Below, piece by piece: positions 7,904 through 18,002 of a DNA stretch of 64,000 nucleotides. The stretch comes from an uncultured Phycisphaerales bacterium (GTDB lineage: Bacteria > Planctomycetota > Phycisphaerae > Sedimentisphaerales > Anaerobacaceae), in contig OY970359.1 in assembly GCA_963718665.1 (NCBI GenBank), forward strand, positions 1,280,001-1,344,000. Direction: 5' to 3'. The translations under genes and the position numbers were made by a program. The notes beneath the pieces were generated by a model. The model made no database searches. It saw nothing but the letters and a program-made list of their open reading frames with translations, and was not told the origin of the DNA. The first letter of the stretch is position 1. Every line of letters starts with the position of its first letter.

Positions 7904-10431
7904 GCAACAACAAGATGCGGCATTTCGGCCTGCTGGGCGCTGGCGGCCTTTTTGACAGCCGCGGCAACCGATTCGACAGTCCACTGGCCTGTTGAGAAGG
8001 CGACGACCGCCTTTGTTTTATTTGTCTCGGTTGTGGTAATTTCATATTGCCTGCCTGTGTCGCCGACGCTGTAAACGGTAGCGGCGACAATGGCCTTGTC
8101 ATTAAGCTTTTCGCCTTCTTTATGGATTCTGTCTTCGACCTGCTGCCTGTTGAGCTTTGCGCCTTCGACGAGGTTGATTTGGACACTGGTTCCGCCCGTG
8201 AATTCGATGTCATATTTGCTGTTTTTAGAATCGTCCCTGGCAAAGAAGAGTGTTACGCCGCCGATTGTTAAAATGGCGGAAATGGTGAGGAACACCGGGA
8301 GGGCTTTCATCCAGTCGATATTTGGTTTGCGCACGAGGTGCAGGAACACAAGGTGGTCCTTGATGATTTTCTTTTTCAGGAGCCAGTCGAAAATTACGCG
8401 AGTTACGAACAGCGAGGTGAACAAGCTCGATGAAAGACCGAGGATAAGGGTAATGGCAAAGCCCTTGATTTCCTCAGAGGCAACCCAGTAGAGGATTGCA
8501 GCGGTCATAATCGTTGTTACGTTGGAGTCGAAAATAGCGCTAAACGCCCTTTCGTAGCCGTTTTTGATGGCTATCGCCAGCGAAGAACCTTTGTTCTGCT
8601 CCTCACGAATTCTTTCGAAGATAAGGACGTTGGCATCGACGGCCATACCGATGGTTAGGATGACGCCTGCGATGCCGGGCAGAGTAAAGGTTGCGCTGAT
8701 ACCTGCCATAATAGCAAGCAGGAACAGGATGTTAAGGAGAAGCGCGATATCGGCGATGCAGCCGCCGATGGTATAGTAAACGAGCATAAAGAGGATTACG
8801 CACACCAGACCTACTACTCCGGATTTCAACCCCTTCTGGAGGTTATCAGCACCGATGGAGGGGCCGATGGTTTTGACGGAGATGGGCTGCTCGATGAGAC
8901 GGGCAGGCAGTGAGCCGGCGTTGAGCTTTGTGACCAAATCCTCAACCTGGGTCTGCGTGAAGGTGCCCATAATCTGACCGTTAGTATAAATCCTGGAGTT
9001 GATGTTAGGCGCGGAGATTGCCACATTATCGAGGACAATGCAGAGCGGCCTGTCGATATTTTTCCCTGTTACGGTAGAGAAGAGTTTTCCGCCGCGTTCA
9101 TCAAGCTCGAAATCGACGGCTCTTCTTCCCTGCTGGTCCTGGCCGGGGGAGGCCTTGACAAGTTTCCAGTCCCTCTGGCCGGCGTGGAGCATAACCTCGT
9201 CTTTATTTTTTCTGTTGCTGGCAAGGACATAGGTTTTGTCGCCGAACTGTGCGATGACTTCCTTCCTGCCCGACTTCCACTCGGCTGGATTTTCGATTTC
9301 GAGCCAGACATACTGGTCGTCGAGAGGATATTTAGGTCCTTTTGTTTTGAGGGTTTCGACGTATGCGTTCATCTGGGCGGAATCGACTTCGGGGTGGTCG
9401 AGGGTCGGGAGAATTCTAAATTCGAGAATACCAGCGCCTTTGAGCATTCGCTGGAGGTCGCTGGGGTCGTCGAGTCGGCCCCTGAAGGGGAAATAGGCGC
9501 TGTAAGTTTTTGCGACCTTGTCAATCTTGTCGGTTAATTCAGGGAATTCCTTTTTGAGAATCTCAACCGCCCTTTTGCTTTTGGCGGAACCGGGCGAGCC
9601 GGTTTCGAGTGCGGAAGTAACCTGGTCATTAGACAAATTCAGCTTATGGAGTGTCTGTTTGGCCTCCTCATATTGACTGTTGACGCCGGTTTTAGGGGTA
9701 GTAAGGCGGTCAGCCACGTCGGCCCATTTGGCACAGATTTCGGTGTAGCGAGTAAGCAGGTCAAGATTGCCGTCGGAGCCGAGGTAATCGAGGATGGCCT
9801 GTTTTCTTTTGTCACCCTTGAGTTTGACCCATTCAATAACCTGAATTTTAATATCGTCGAGCTTAAGGCCCGCGAGCTTAATTAAGCTTTCGGGCGTAGC
9901 CATCTGGTTTGCGAGGTCATCTCTTTGCTGCTGGAGGGCTTTCCGCTCATCGAAGACCTTTGCGAAGTCGTTGAGGATTTGTGCCCTGTCGTTGGAATCG
10001 CGGGCGAATTTTTCGAAGTCCTTTGCTCGCAGCTCCGCGGGTTTGGCAACGGAGCGTATAATGGCGGTCTGGGTAACATTTCCCGTCAAAAGATCGCTGA
10101 GGGCGGTTTCGTATTGCGTTCTTTTTTCCCTGGCCTCCGCGCTGGCGAGCGGCATCTGGATTTCAAATCTTGTGCTGCCCTGTGGTCTCCAGACGAGGTT
10201 TTGTATATTGGCGGGGTCAATACGGCGTCTCAGAACGGTGATTACCCTTTCTGAGAGGCCTCTTTTCTCGTCGGAGCTGAGGCCTTTTGCGTCGATTTCG
10301 TAAATCAAGCTTGTTCCGCCGCCGAGGTCGATGCCCGGCTTGAGTGTTTTGCTCGGCGGGTAGAGTGTCCAGACCGCGAGGATGATCAAAGCAACAATTA
10401 ATACGATTTTCCACGTTAAATTCTTACCCAT
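7858..10431 (-). CDS. secD: SecD plus the start of SecF (fused SecDF with frameshift)
   Basis: GIDLGGG, LNAGSLPA, IGPSIG and GMAVDANVLIFERIREE motifs, followed by the SecF-type DIEFTGG. Confidence 0.92.
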   Translation of the reverse strand: MGKNLTWKIVLIVALIILAVWTLYPPSKTLKPGIDLGGGTSLIYEIDAKGLSSDEKRGLSERVITVLRRRIDPANIQNLVWRPQGSTRFEIQMPLASAEAREKRTQYETALSDLLTGNVTQTAIIRSVAKPAELRAKDFEKFARDSNDRAQILNDFAKVFDERKALQQQRDDLANQMATPESLIKLAGLKLDDIKIQVIEWVKLKGDKRKQAILDYLGSDGNLDLLTRYTEICAKWADVADRLTTPKTGVNSQYEEAKQTLHKLNLSNDQVTSALETGSPGSAKSKRAVEILKKEFPELTDKIDKVAKTYSAYFPFRGRLDDPSDLQRMLKGAGILEFRILPTLDHPEVDSAQMNAYVETLKTKGPKYPLDDQYVWLEIENPAEWKSGRKEVIAQFGDKTYVLASNRKNKDEVMLHAGQRDWKLVKASPGQDQQGRRAVDFELDERGGKLFSTVTGKNIDRPLCIVLDNVAISAPNINSRIYTNGQIMGTFTQTQVEDLVTKLNAGSLPARLIEQPISVKTIGPSIGADNLQKGLKSGVVGLVCVILFMLVYYTIGGCIADIALLLNILFLLAIMAGISATFTLPGIAGVILTIGMAVDANVLIFERIREEQNKGSSLAIAIKNGYERAFSAIFDSNVTTIMTAAILYWVASEEIKGFAITLILGLSSSLFTSLFVTRVIFDWLLKKKIIKDHLVFLHLVRKPNIDWMKALPVFLTISAILTIGGVTLFFARDDSKNSKYDIEFTGGTSVQINLVEGAKLNRQQVEDRIHKEGEKLNDKAIVAATVYSVGDTGRQYEITTTETNKTKAVVAFSTGQWTVESVAAAVKKAASAQQAEMPHLVVAPKSRVRPLPSAQAS

Positions 10432-10456
10432 ATCAAATCCTTGTTATATCCGGCTT

Positions 10457-10879
10457 TTATTGTCCTTCGTTCGAAAGGTTTTTCCCGATGGCGGAAGCCG
10501 CCACTTTGATTTTGGTATTGTTCGACTCATCGACCTTGAGGGTGACTTCGTCGCCTTTGACGTCAACGACGATGCCGATGATGCCGCCTATGGTCCTGAC
10601 TTTATCGTTCTTTTTGAGGGATTGAATCATCTGCTGCTGCTGTCGCTGGCGTTTTTTTGGCTCACGGAACATAATAAAGTACAAAATCACAAAAATGCCG
10701 ACGATGAAAATAAGCTGCATAATCGATGAGGAGTTCCCAGTCGATGCGGGCCGCGAGGTATTGGGGTCGTGAGGGGCGACAGTCCCGGCTGTGGTCTGAT
10801 TCTGGGTCACCGGTTCAGCGGAGACCTCCGACTGGCCTTTGGTTTCGACCGCCTGTGCCATTATCCACAAATTTTCCAT
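10457..10879 (-). CDS. yajC: Preprotein translocase subunit YajC
   Basis: ILYFIMFREPKK and LKKNDKVRTIGGIIG motifs; directly upstream of secD. Confidence 0.93.
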   Translation of the reverse strand: MENLWIMAQAVETKGQSEVSAEPVTQNQTTAGTVAPHDPNTSRPASTGNSSSIMQLIFIVGIFVILYFIMFREPKKRQRQQQQMIQSLKKNDKVRTIGGIIGIVVDVKGDEVTLKVDESNNTKIKVAASAIGKNLSNEGQ

Positions 10880-10988
10880 ATTTGTTATCCTTGCAAAGAT
10901 TTACGCTAACCAATAAGGTAAACGGGGAATCATAACGCATCAGCGGAAAATAATCAACATCGAAGATTTGGCCTGAAGGCGAAAGTTT

Positions 10989-11016
10989 TTGACAGTTTTG
11001 GTTAAGGTGGTATAAT
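10989..11016 (+). promoter_or_regulatory. Consensus sigma70 promoter for TPR-lspA
   Basis: TTGACA, 16 bp spacer, TATAAT, with an extended -10 TG. Confidence 0.75.
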
Positions 11017-11095
11017 TTAAGGGTTTACAGCGTGGTATGACGATATATCCTGGTAAGTCATTGTTTTTCGAGTTTGATTATACGGGGAAAACAGG

Positions 11096-12073
11096 ATGTC
11101 CAAAAGAAGGGACGTTCAAAGCGTAATACTGGCAACGATAGCCGGCCTGGCGTTATTGCCGGCCTGGGGTTGCGCAAACCGACAACAGGCGGTGGCATTA
11201 TACGTTGACGCGGTTGAACTGCGTGAGCTGAACGACAACGATAAGGCGATTGACAAGCTCAACCAGGCAGCAAAGGCCGACGAGCGGTTCTCGCTGGCGC
11301 ATTCGCTATTGGGGGAGATTTACGAGCAGAAGCAGGAATATCAGAAGAGCGCGGCGGCGTATGGCACTGCGACCCGGCTGAACCCGTGGTCATTCAGGGA
11401 TTATTTCAGCTTGGGGCGGGTTTACCAGACGATGAAAGAGTTTACGCAGGCGGTGAAGGCGTACCGCAGGGCGTGCGAGCTTAAGCCCAACAATTTTGAG
11501 GCAAATCTCAAAACCGCCCAGTGCCTTTACGAGGTAAACGACTACAACCAGGCGATTGTGTACGGCAAGAGAGCGGAACGTATAGACCCGAACGCCGAGG
11601 AGCTTCACCAGCTTTTAGGCAATATATACGATTCGCAGAAGAATTATGAGCAGGCGGTGCGGTCGTACAAGCGTGCGATGGAGATGGACAGCAACGACCC
11701 CGGGGTAATGATGTCTCTGGCGATAGCGTATCTGCGGACCAAGCGCATTGAGCCGGCGAAAGAATTGTTCACGGCGGTGACGCAGATGCAGCCGGCGAAT
11801 AGTCCGGCGTATCAGTATATCGGTTACTGCTATCTGCAATTGAACGACGTAAACCAGGCAATCGATAATTACAGGCAGGCGATAAAAATCAACAACCATG
11901 ACTGGGAGGCGTACCGCGGACTTGGTGTGGCATATATGACCAAGGCGAAGGCGGAAAACGACGCGGAGCTGAAGGCACAGGCGGTGGAGCTGTGGCGGCA
12001 GTCATTGAGTATCAAGCCGGACCAGCCGAGGCAAGACCGGCTTATCAAACTGATAGAGAAATACTCGAAGTAA
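11096..12073 (+). CDS. TPR-repeat protein, probable lipoprotein
   Basis: Signal peptide ending AWGC (lipobox-like); multiple TPR repeats. Confidence 0.85.
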   Translation: MSKRRDVQSVILATIAGLALLPAWGCANRQQAVALYVDAVELRELNDNDKAIDKLNQAAKADERFSLAHSLLGEIYEQKQEYQKSAAAYGTATRLNPWSFRDYFSLGRVYQTMKEFTQAVKAYRRACELKPNNFEANLKTAQCLYEVNDYNQAIVYGKRAERIDPNAEELHQLLGNIYDSQKNYEQAVRSYKRAMEMDSNDPGVMMSLAIAYLRTKRIEPAKELFTAVTQMQPANSPAYQYIGYCYLQLNDVNQAIDNYRQAIKINNHDWEAYRGLGVAYMTKAKAENDAELKAQAVELWRQSLSIKPDQPRQDRLIKLIEKYSK

Positions 12074-12076
12074 CAG

Positions 12077-12148
12077 CAGAGGACGGAAACCAGATGACAA
12101 ATGACAGAGAACCGAAGATACCGTCTTCCGTCCTCGGTCCTCCGTTTC
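12077..12148. repeat. Inverted pair of heptamer tracts spanning the lspA start
   Basis: CAGAGGA CGGAAAC CAGATGA CAAATGA ... CCGTCTT CCGTCCT CGGTCCT; GAGGACGGAA is complementary to TTCCGTCCTC. Confidence 0.75.
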
Positions 12149-12651
12149 CCGGGATCCGTCATATTATCTTCTGGTCAATCTTCGGGGGCGGTCTGGCATT
12201 CGACCTCTGGACTAAAAAAGCGGTGTTTGCCTGGCTTGGAAATGTGCAGGGGCAGGGCATAGCAATAATAGACGGTTTCCTGCAGCTGCAATTAGCCATC
12301 AACCCGGGGGCGGCATTCGGAATAGCAGGCGGACACCGGGCGATGCTGGTGTCGGTATCGGCGGTTGCGCTGATAATGATTATAGCGGTATTTATGTTCG
12401 CGCTGAAGGAAGGGAAAATTGTTGTTGTCGCGCTGGCCTTGTTCGCAGCCGGGATATCGGGGAATCTTTACGACCGGGCGTTCAACGAGGGATTTGTGCG
12501 GGATTTTATTGATGTTGTGTATTGGCGCGGGAGGCACTGGCCTGCGTTTAACGTGGCGGATTCAATGCTTTGCACGGCTGTGGGGCTGTTGATTATCTCA
12601 AGCTTACTCAGCCCGAAATCTTGTCAAACACCTGCTCATCCACAAAAATAG
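12094..12651 (+). CDS. lspA: Lipoprotein signal peptidase II
   Basis: DLWTK, NPGAAFG, GNLYDR, VRDFI and FNVADS motifs; start placed at the first ATG after the TPR stop. Confidence 0.93.
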   Translation: MTNDREPKIPSSVLGPPFPGIRHIIFWSIFGGGLAFDLWTKKAVFAWLGNVQGQGIAIIDGFLQLQLAINPGAAFGIAGGHRAMLVSVSAVALIMIIAVFMFALKEGKIVVVALALFAAGISGNLYDRAFNEGFVRDFIDVVYWRGRHWPAFNVADSMLCTAVGLLIISSLLSPKSCQTPAHPQK

Positions 12652-13003
12652 GCGCACCGGAGGCGGCGCCGAGGGCAATCGCATCGGACGGGCGGGAATC
12701 AACCTCGACAATTTTGCCGTTCAAGCTGAGGACTATCCTTGAGTAGAAGGTGTGGTTGCGGATGTCGTTGATAATTATTCTTTCGACGCGGGCGCCAAGG
12801 GATGTAATTATGTTGTCGAGCAGGTCGTGGGTCATAGGCCTGGGGGGCTGAATGCCTTTTAGCCGGCGGTCGATGGCAAAAATTTCGACGATGCCGATGA
12901 CAATGGGGAAACTACGCTGGCCATAGCGTTCCTTGAGAACGATTATCTGCTGGTCGGATGACTCGTTTATGATTATTTTCGAAAGTTCGACTTCGATTTC
13001 CAT
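12608..13003 (-). CDS. Bifunctional nuclease family protein (DUF151)
   Basis: PIVIG, PRPMTHDL and DSRPSDAIAL motifs. Confidence 0.9.
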   Translation of the reverse strand: MEIEVELSKIIINESSDQQIIVLKERYGQRSFPIVIGIVEIFAIDRRLKGIQPPRPMTHDLLDNIITSLGARVERIIINDIRNHTFYSRIVLSLNGKIVEVDSRPSDAIALGAASGAPIFVDEQVFDKISG

Positions 13004-13014
13004 CCTGCCCCCCT

Positions 13015-16000
13015 TTAATCATTCAATTCGGCCAGGTGTTTTTCGATGGCCTTCAACTGCTCGGTATATTCAGCGAGTTTTTCTTTTGTCTGGGCGACGA
13101 CTTCCGGTTTTGCCCTCGCTATGAAGTTTTCGTTGGCAAGTTTGGCTTCGACGCCTTTTTTCACGCCTTCGATTTGCTCTTTCTGTTTGGTCAGGCGTTT
13201 TCGCTCGGCTTCGATATCTATCGCGTCGTGGACGTAAATCTGCATCTGGCTTGATATTGACGCGGCGGCGTTTTTGGGCTTCGGTGCCGACTGCGACGCG
13301 CTGAATTCTTTGAGATTCGCAATCTGGCAGAGAAGGCCCGCGTCGGCGTTCAGGATTCCTGAAATATCGTTTGGCGCGTTGACGGAGACGACGAGTTTCG
13401 AGGAAGGAGGAATGTTGCATTTGCTTCTTATGTCACGGACGGAGCGGACAACTGTCTGGATATTGTCAATTTGCTGCTCAATCTGCTCATTTATCAGGGC
13501 GTCGATTCGCTTTGGCCAGTCGGCTACGACTAATGCTTTAGCGCCGTTTAATTCCGCGATTCCTTTAAGGCCTCGCGTCGGGGCGATTTCGTTTAGTTTC
13601 TGAAAGATGCCCTCGGTGATGAACGGCACAAAGGGGTGCAACAGTCGAAGCGTCTGGTCAAGAACGAAAGCAAGAACGTTCTGGGCAATCGGTTTTTGAG
13701 CAGAATCGAACCCGCCTAAAGGCGAGGCGGACATTCTCGGCTTTGCCCATTCGAGATACCAATCGCAGAAGTCGTTCCAGAAGAATTTGTAAATCGCGTT
13801 TAATGGTTCATTATATTTGAAGGCGTCAAGACCATCGGTAACTTCGGCGATAGTTCTCGCCAGACGCGATAGAACCCATTTGTCGGTTACCGCCAGTTTG
13901 GTTTTGTCGAAGAGAGCGTGGTCAGTGCCTTCGAGGTTCATCATCGCGAAACGCGAGGCGTTCCAGAGTTTGTTGCAGAAATTTCTGCCAACATCCAATT
14001 TGGGCGATGTGTTTTCGACCCTGCCATCGGGCAGCGTCATTTGCGCGACGGGCATTCGGATATCCTGCGTGTCGGTGGTCATACTGGCCAGGGTAAACCG
14101 CATCGCGTCTGCGCCGTGGCTGTTGATTGCGACTAAGGGGTCGATGCCGTTGCCTAAGCTTTTGGACATCTTTCGGCCTTCACCATCCTGTATCATCGCG
14201 TGGATATACACGTCTTTGAAAGGTATGTCGCCTGCGCAGTATTGGCCCATCATAACCATTCGTGACACCCAAAGTGTGATTATTTCCCTCGCTGTGCAAA
14301 GAACACTACCCGGATAAAACTTGTTCAGCATTTCGTTCTTATCGTCTTCCTTCTCATCTCCTGTCCAACCCAGTGTGCTGAATGGCCATAGCGCCGAACT
14401 GAACCACGTATCAAGAACGTCAGTATCGCGTTGCCAACCTTCATTTTTCAATCTTTTTTCAATATCTTCATTTTCAAGAGCAACGCAAGCATAAACAACT
14501 AAACCATCATCTGAGCTGGTAGATACGAAAACCACTTTTTTGTGGTATTCTTTACCATACTGTTTTTCAATATCACTTTCTAAACGTCCACCACCTTCAA
14601 CTATAGACCAGACCGGTATTTGGTGCCCCCACCAGAGTTGGCGGGAAATGGGCCAGTCGCGGAGGTTTTCGAGCCAGGTTTGATATGTTTTGGCGTAACG
14701 TTCGGGGATGAATTTCAGTCGGCCATCCAAAAGCGGCTTCAAAGCAAGACCCGCCAATGAATTGACAGGCACATCGGTTCCATCAATCATCCCTTTACCA
14801 ATTTTTTTCGCGAGATGTTCAATTGGTTTTTTGACCGCGATATACCACTGGTCGGAAAGATATGGCTCGATGGGGACGTGGCTTCGGTAGCTGTGGCCTA
14901 CTTCGTGGGCATAGGGCCTGACTTCTTCTAAAAGTTTTTCTTTCCTGAACCATTCGACGATTGCCTCGCGTGCTTCGAAGCGGTCCATACCGATGAGGTT
15001 TTCAACGTCGGGGTTTTTGACTTGCTCCCAGTCAGCCCAGCCGTGCTTATGGCTTATCGATGCATCAGGCGCCATCACATTAAGAAAAACATATTGTTCA
15101 GGGTCTCCAGTATAGTTATCTGGAACTACTGCTTCAGCAATCTCATCATAATGTCGTTCGCCAATCGCCCAGTCATCAAGGTCGTGGGCAGGGGTAACTT
15201 TCAGGAAGCCGGTTGAGAACTTGGCTTTTTCGTCTTCGCTGTTTGGGTTTGGCAAAACGACGTGCTCATCGGCGATTATGGGGATGATTCTGCCTACGAT
15301 TGGCAGCTTTATTTTTTTGCCAACGAGGGCTTTTGCTCGCGGGTCGTTTGGGTTCATCGCGACAGCGGTATCGCCCAGCATCGTTTCCGGCCGGGTCGTT
15401 GCCACCGTTACAAACTTAATGAGTTTACCCTCAACAACAATCGGCTCATCGAGCGGATACTGCAAATACCAAAAATACCCCTGGATTGTCTCATGCTCGA
15501 CTTCATCATCTGCAAGCACGGTTTGCGTGGCCGGGTCCCAATTGACGAGACGTTTGCCTCTATATATTAAGCCATCTTTGAAGAGATTGAAGAACGTTGC
15601 CCTGACGGCTTTGGCACAGGTTTCGTCCATTGTGAATCTTGTCCGCTGCCAGTCGCAGGAGCAGCCCATTGCCTTTAGCTGGTCGATGATTCTTCGTTCA
15701 TATTCATCCTTCCAGGCCTGAACACGGGCGACGAATTCGTCGCGTTTGAAATCGGTGCGTTTTTTGCCCTCTTCGGCGAGGATTCTTTTTTCGACGACGG
15801 TTTGCGTCGCGATGCCGGCGTGGTCTGTGCCGGGCATCCAGAGGGTATTGAGGCCCAGCATCCTGTGATAGCGGATGAGGATATCCTGAAGGGTGTTATT
15901 CAGCGCGTGGCCTAGGTGCAGCGCGGCGGTAACATTGGGCGGGGGTATGACGATGGTGTAGGGTTTTCGCTTTGCGGAATCCGGCTCGGCGTGGAAATAA

Positions 16001-16077
16001 TTGCCCGTTGCCCAGATTTGCTCTGCCTGCTGTTCGGTGTTTTTAGGTTCGTAAACCTTGCTCAATTCTTCAGCCAT
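13015..16077 (-). CDS. valS: Valine--tRNA ligase
   Basis: PPPNVT-HLGH, ATTRPET, ISRQLWWGH, DTWFSS and KMSKS motifs; C-terminal coiled coil. Confidence 0.98.
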   Translation of the reverse strand: MAEELSKVYEPKNTEQQAEQIWATGNYFHAEPDSAKRKPYTIVIPPPNVTAALHLGHALNNTLQDILIRYHRMLGLNTLWMPGTDHAGIATQTVVEKRILAEEGKKRTDFKRDEFVARVQAWKDEYERRIIDQLKAMGCSCDWQRTRFTMDETCAKAVRATFFNLFKDGLIYRGKRLVNWDPATQTVLADDEVEHETIQGYFWYLQYPLDEPIVVEGKLIKFVTVATTRPETMLGDTAVAMNPNDPRAKALVGKKIKLPIVGRIIPIIADEHVVLPNPNSEDEKAKFSTGFLKVTPAHDLDDWAIGERHYDEIAEAVVPDNYTGDPEQYVFLNVMAPDASISHKHGWADWEQVKNPDVENLIGMDRFEAREAIVEWFRKEKLLEEVRPYAHEVGHSYRSHVPIEPYLSDQWYIAVKKPIEHLAKKIGKGMIDGTDVPVNSLAGLALKPLLDGRLKFIPERYAKTYQTWLENLRDWPISRQLWWGHQIPVWSIVEGGGRLESDIEKQYGKEYHKKVVFVSTSSDDGLVVYACVALENEDIEKRLKNEGWQRDTDVLDTWFSSALWPFSTLGWTGDEKEDDKNEMLNKFYPGSVLCTAREIITLWVSRMVMMGQYCAGDIPFKDVYIHAMIQDGEGRKMSKSLGNGIDPLVAINSHGADAMRFTLASMTTDTQDIRMPVAQMTLPDGRVENTSPKLDVGRNFCNKLWNASRFAMMNLEGTDHALFDKTKLAVTDKWVLSRLARTIAEVTDGLDAFKYNEPLNAIYKFFWNDFCDWYLEWAKPRMSASPLGGFDSAQKPIAQNVLAFVLDQTLRLLHPFVPFITEGIFQKLNEIAPTRGLKGIAELNGAKALVVADWPKRIDALINEQIEQQIDNIQTVVRSVRDIRSKCNIPPSSKLVVSVNAPNDISGILNADAGLLCQIANLKEFSASQSAPKPKNAAASISSQMQIYVHDAIDIEAERKRLTKQKEQIEGVKKGVEAKLANENFIARAKPEVVAQTKEKLAEYTEQLKAIEKHLAELND

Positions 16078-16104
16078 ATAGCGCCCAAAAGATGCCCGTG
16101 AAAT

Positions 16105-16137
16105 AAAAAATTCCGGCAGGCGCTTACCTGCCGGAAT
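16105..16137 (-). terminator. Intrinsic terminator after rho
   Basis: Perfect 11-bp stem ATTCCGGCAGG/CCTGCCGGAAT followed by a T-run on the minus strand. Confidence 0.8.
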
Positions 16138-16178
16138 CTAATTTTAATCAAACAACCTTGTAATGTAAAGCAAAGCTG

Positions 16179-17669
16179 TTAATCGATGTTCATAGTCATA
16201 AGGAATTCGGCGTTTGTTCTGCACTTTGTCAGCCGGCTTTTGAGCAGCTCGACGGCCTCGACGTGGTTCATTTCGCTGAGCACACGTCTGAGACGATAAG
16301 TCAGTTCCAGTTCCTTGGGAGCAAGCAGCAATTCTTCTCTTCGGGTTCCGCTTCTGCTGATATCGATAGCGGGATAAACACGGCGGTCAACGAGCTTCCT
16401 GTCCAAGTGCAGTTCCATATTGCCGGTGGCCTTGAATTCCTCGAAGATGACTTCGTCCATTTTGGAGCCGGTGTCGATGAGGGCGGTTGCAAATATGGTG
16501 AGTGAGCCGCCCTCCTCGACTTTTCGTGCTGCGCCGAAGAATTTTTTGGGCATCTGCATTGCGCTTGCGTCAACGCCGCCGGTGAGGATTTTGCCCGAGT
16601 GGGGCATTTCGGAGTTGTAGGCGCGTGCAAGACGCGTGATTGAGTCGAGGAGAATGACCACATCGTGGCCGTATTCGACCATACGTTTGGCTTTTTCGAT
16701 GACGATTTCGGCGACCTGGCAATGGCGTGCCGCCGGCTCATCGAAGGTCGAGCTTATGACCTCGACATCGGGGGCGGTTTTGCGTTCCATTTCGGTTACT
16801 TCTTCCGGCCGCTCGTCAATCAAAAGCACAATCAATTTGATTTGGGGGTTATTGGTTGATATGGCATTGGCCATTTTCTGGAGCAGGACGGTTTTGCCTG
16901 TTCTTGGCGGTGCGACGATGAGGCCTCGCTGTCCCTTGCCGACAGGCGTGACCATATCGATAATTCGCATATTAAGCTCATCCGGGGTTGTTTCGAGAAT
17001 CAGCCGTTCGAGAGGATGCAAAGGCGTGAGGTCGCTGAAGACGGTTTTTTCGGCAAGCCGGTCCGGGTCTTCGAAGTTGATGGCCTCGACGCGAAGCAGG
17101 GCGAAGTATTTTTCGGAATCCTTTGGCGGACGAATCTGCCCTGAGACGGTGTTGCCTGTTCGCAGGCCGAAGCGTCGTATCTGGGAAGGCGAGACGTAAA
17201 TATCATCTGGACTCGACAGGTAGTTGTAGTCGGGGTTACGCAGGAAGCCGTAGCCGTCGGGGAGGACTTCAAGGACGCCCTCGCCGTACATAAGGCCGTT
17301 CTGGCGGATGCGTTCCTTGAGGATTCGGAAGATAAGCTCCTGCTTCTTGAGGGCGGTATAGTCGGTGATGCCGTCCTTCTTGGCCATTTCGTGCAACTCG
17401 GAGACGCTGAGCCGCTGGAGGTCCGTCAGGTAGAGTTGTCCTTTCTTTACCCGTTCGTATTTTTCGTGAGTCGATTCCTCTTCGGTCTTCTTTGTCTCTG
17501 TCCCGTTGGTCTCATCGACGACCTGGACGGCGGCCTGCGGCTCGTTATTGACCACGGGCTGCGCCTGAGGTTCGACCTGTTCTGCCTGTACCTGTTCGGA
17601 CTGCTCGATGACCTCTGCCTCGTCCTGACCCCGTTTTTTCCTTTTGCCCTTTGGGCTGCCCTTACTCAT
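16179..17669 (-). CDS. rho: Transcription termination factor Rho
   Basis: [32 protein letters not shown] and GNMELHL motifs; N-terminal extension. Confidence 0.98.
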   Translation of the reverse strand: MSKGSPKGKRKKRGQDEAEVIEQSEQVQAEQVEPQAQPVVNNEPQAAVQVVDETNGTETKKTEEESTHEKYERVKKGQLYLTDLQRLSVSELHEMAKKDGITDYTALKKQELIFRILKERIRQNGLMYGEGVLEVLPDGYGFLRNPDYNYLSSPDDIYVSPSQIRRFGLRTGNTVSGQIRPPKDSEKYFALLRVEAINFEDPDRLAEKTVFSDLTPLHPLERLILETTPDELNMRIIDMVTPVGKGQRGLIVAPPRTGKTVLLQKMANAISTNNPQIKLIVLLIDERPEEVTEMERKTAPDVEVISSTFDEPAARHCQVAEIVIEKAKRMVEYGHDVVILLDSITRLARAYNSEMPHSGKILTGGVDASAMQMPKKFFGAARKVEEGGSLTIFATALIDTGSKMDEVIFEEFKATGNMELHLDRKLVDRRVYPAIDISRSGTRREELLLAPKELELTYRLRRVLSEMNHVEAVELLKSRLTKCRTNAEFLMTMNID

Positions 17670-18002
17670 ATTAGCTCCTAATCATCTGCCAAAAACCACG
17701 TTACAAGCGACGTTATCCCGCTTTTAACCCTGCGGGTTCGTTAATTCTGAATTTATACCGCCTCAATTGTTCTATCCTGCGTCCTATCAGCACATTTTAT
17801 CCGGGGAGGCGTTTCGGGTAATGCTCGATATTTCACGGATGCCCGGCAGCCGGTTTTTGACCATGATGTCGATACATAGCTGATTTTTCAGACCCCAGCA
17901 CAGAACTTTACTGCGCTGAGCGTGGCTGAATTGGTATTTAAGGCGTTATGTCAGTATCCCCAAACCGGGCACGCTAATCCAAAGTATCGCGCTAAACCGC
18001 AC

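Noticed and set aside
10861..10869. Perfect DnaA box TTATCCACA
   Set aside because: Single copy inside the yajC coding sequence; no cluster.
11992..12093. Longer N-terminus for lspA
   Set aside because: Overlaps the TPR gene; the ATG at 12094 is more plausible.
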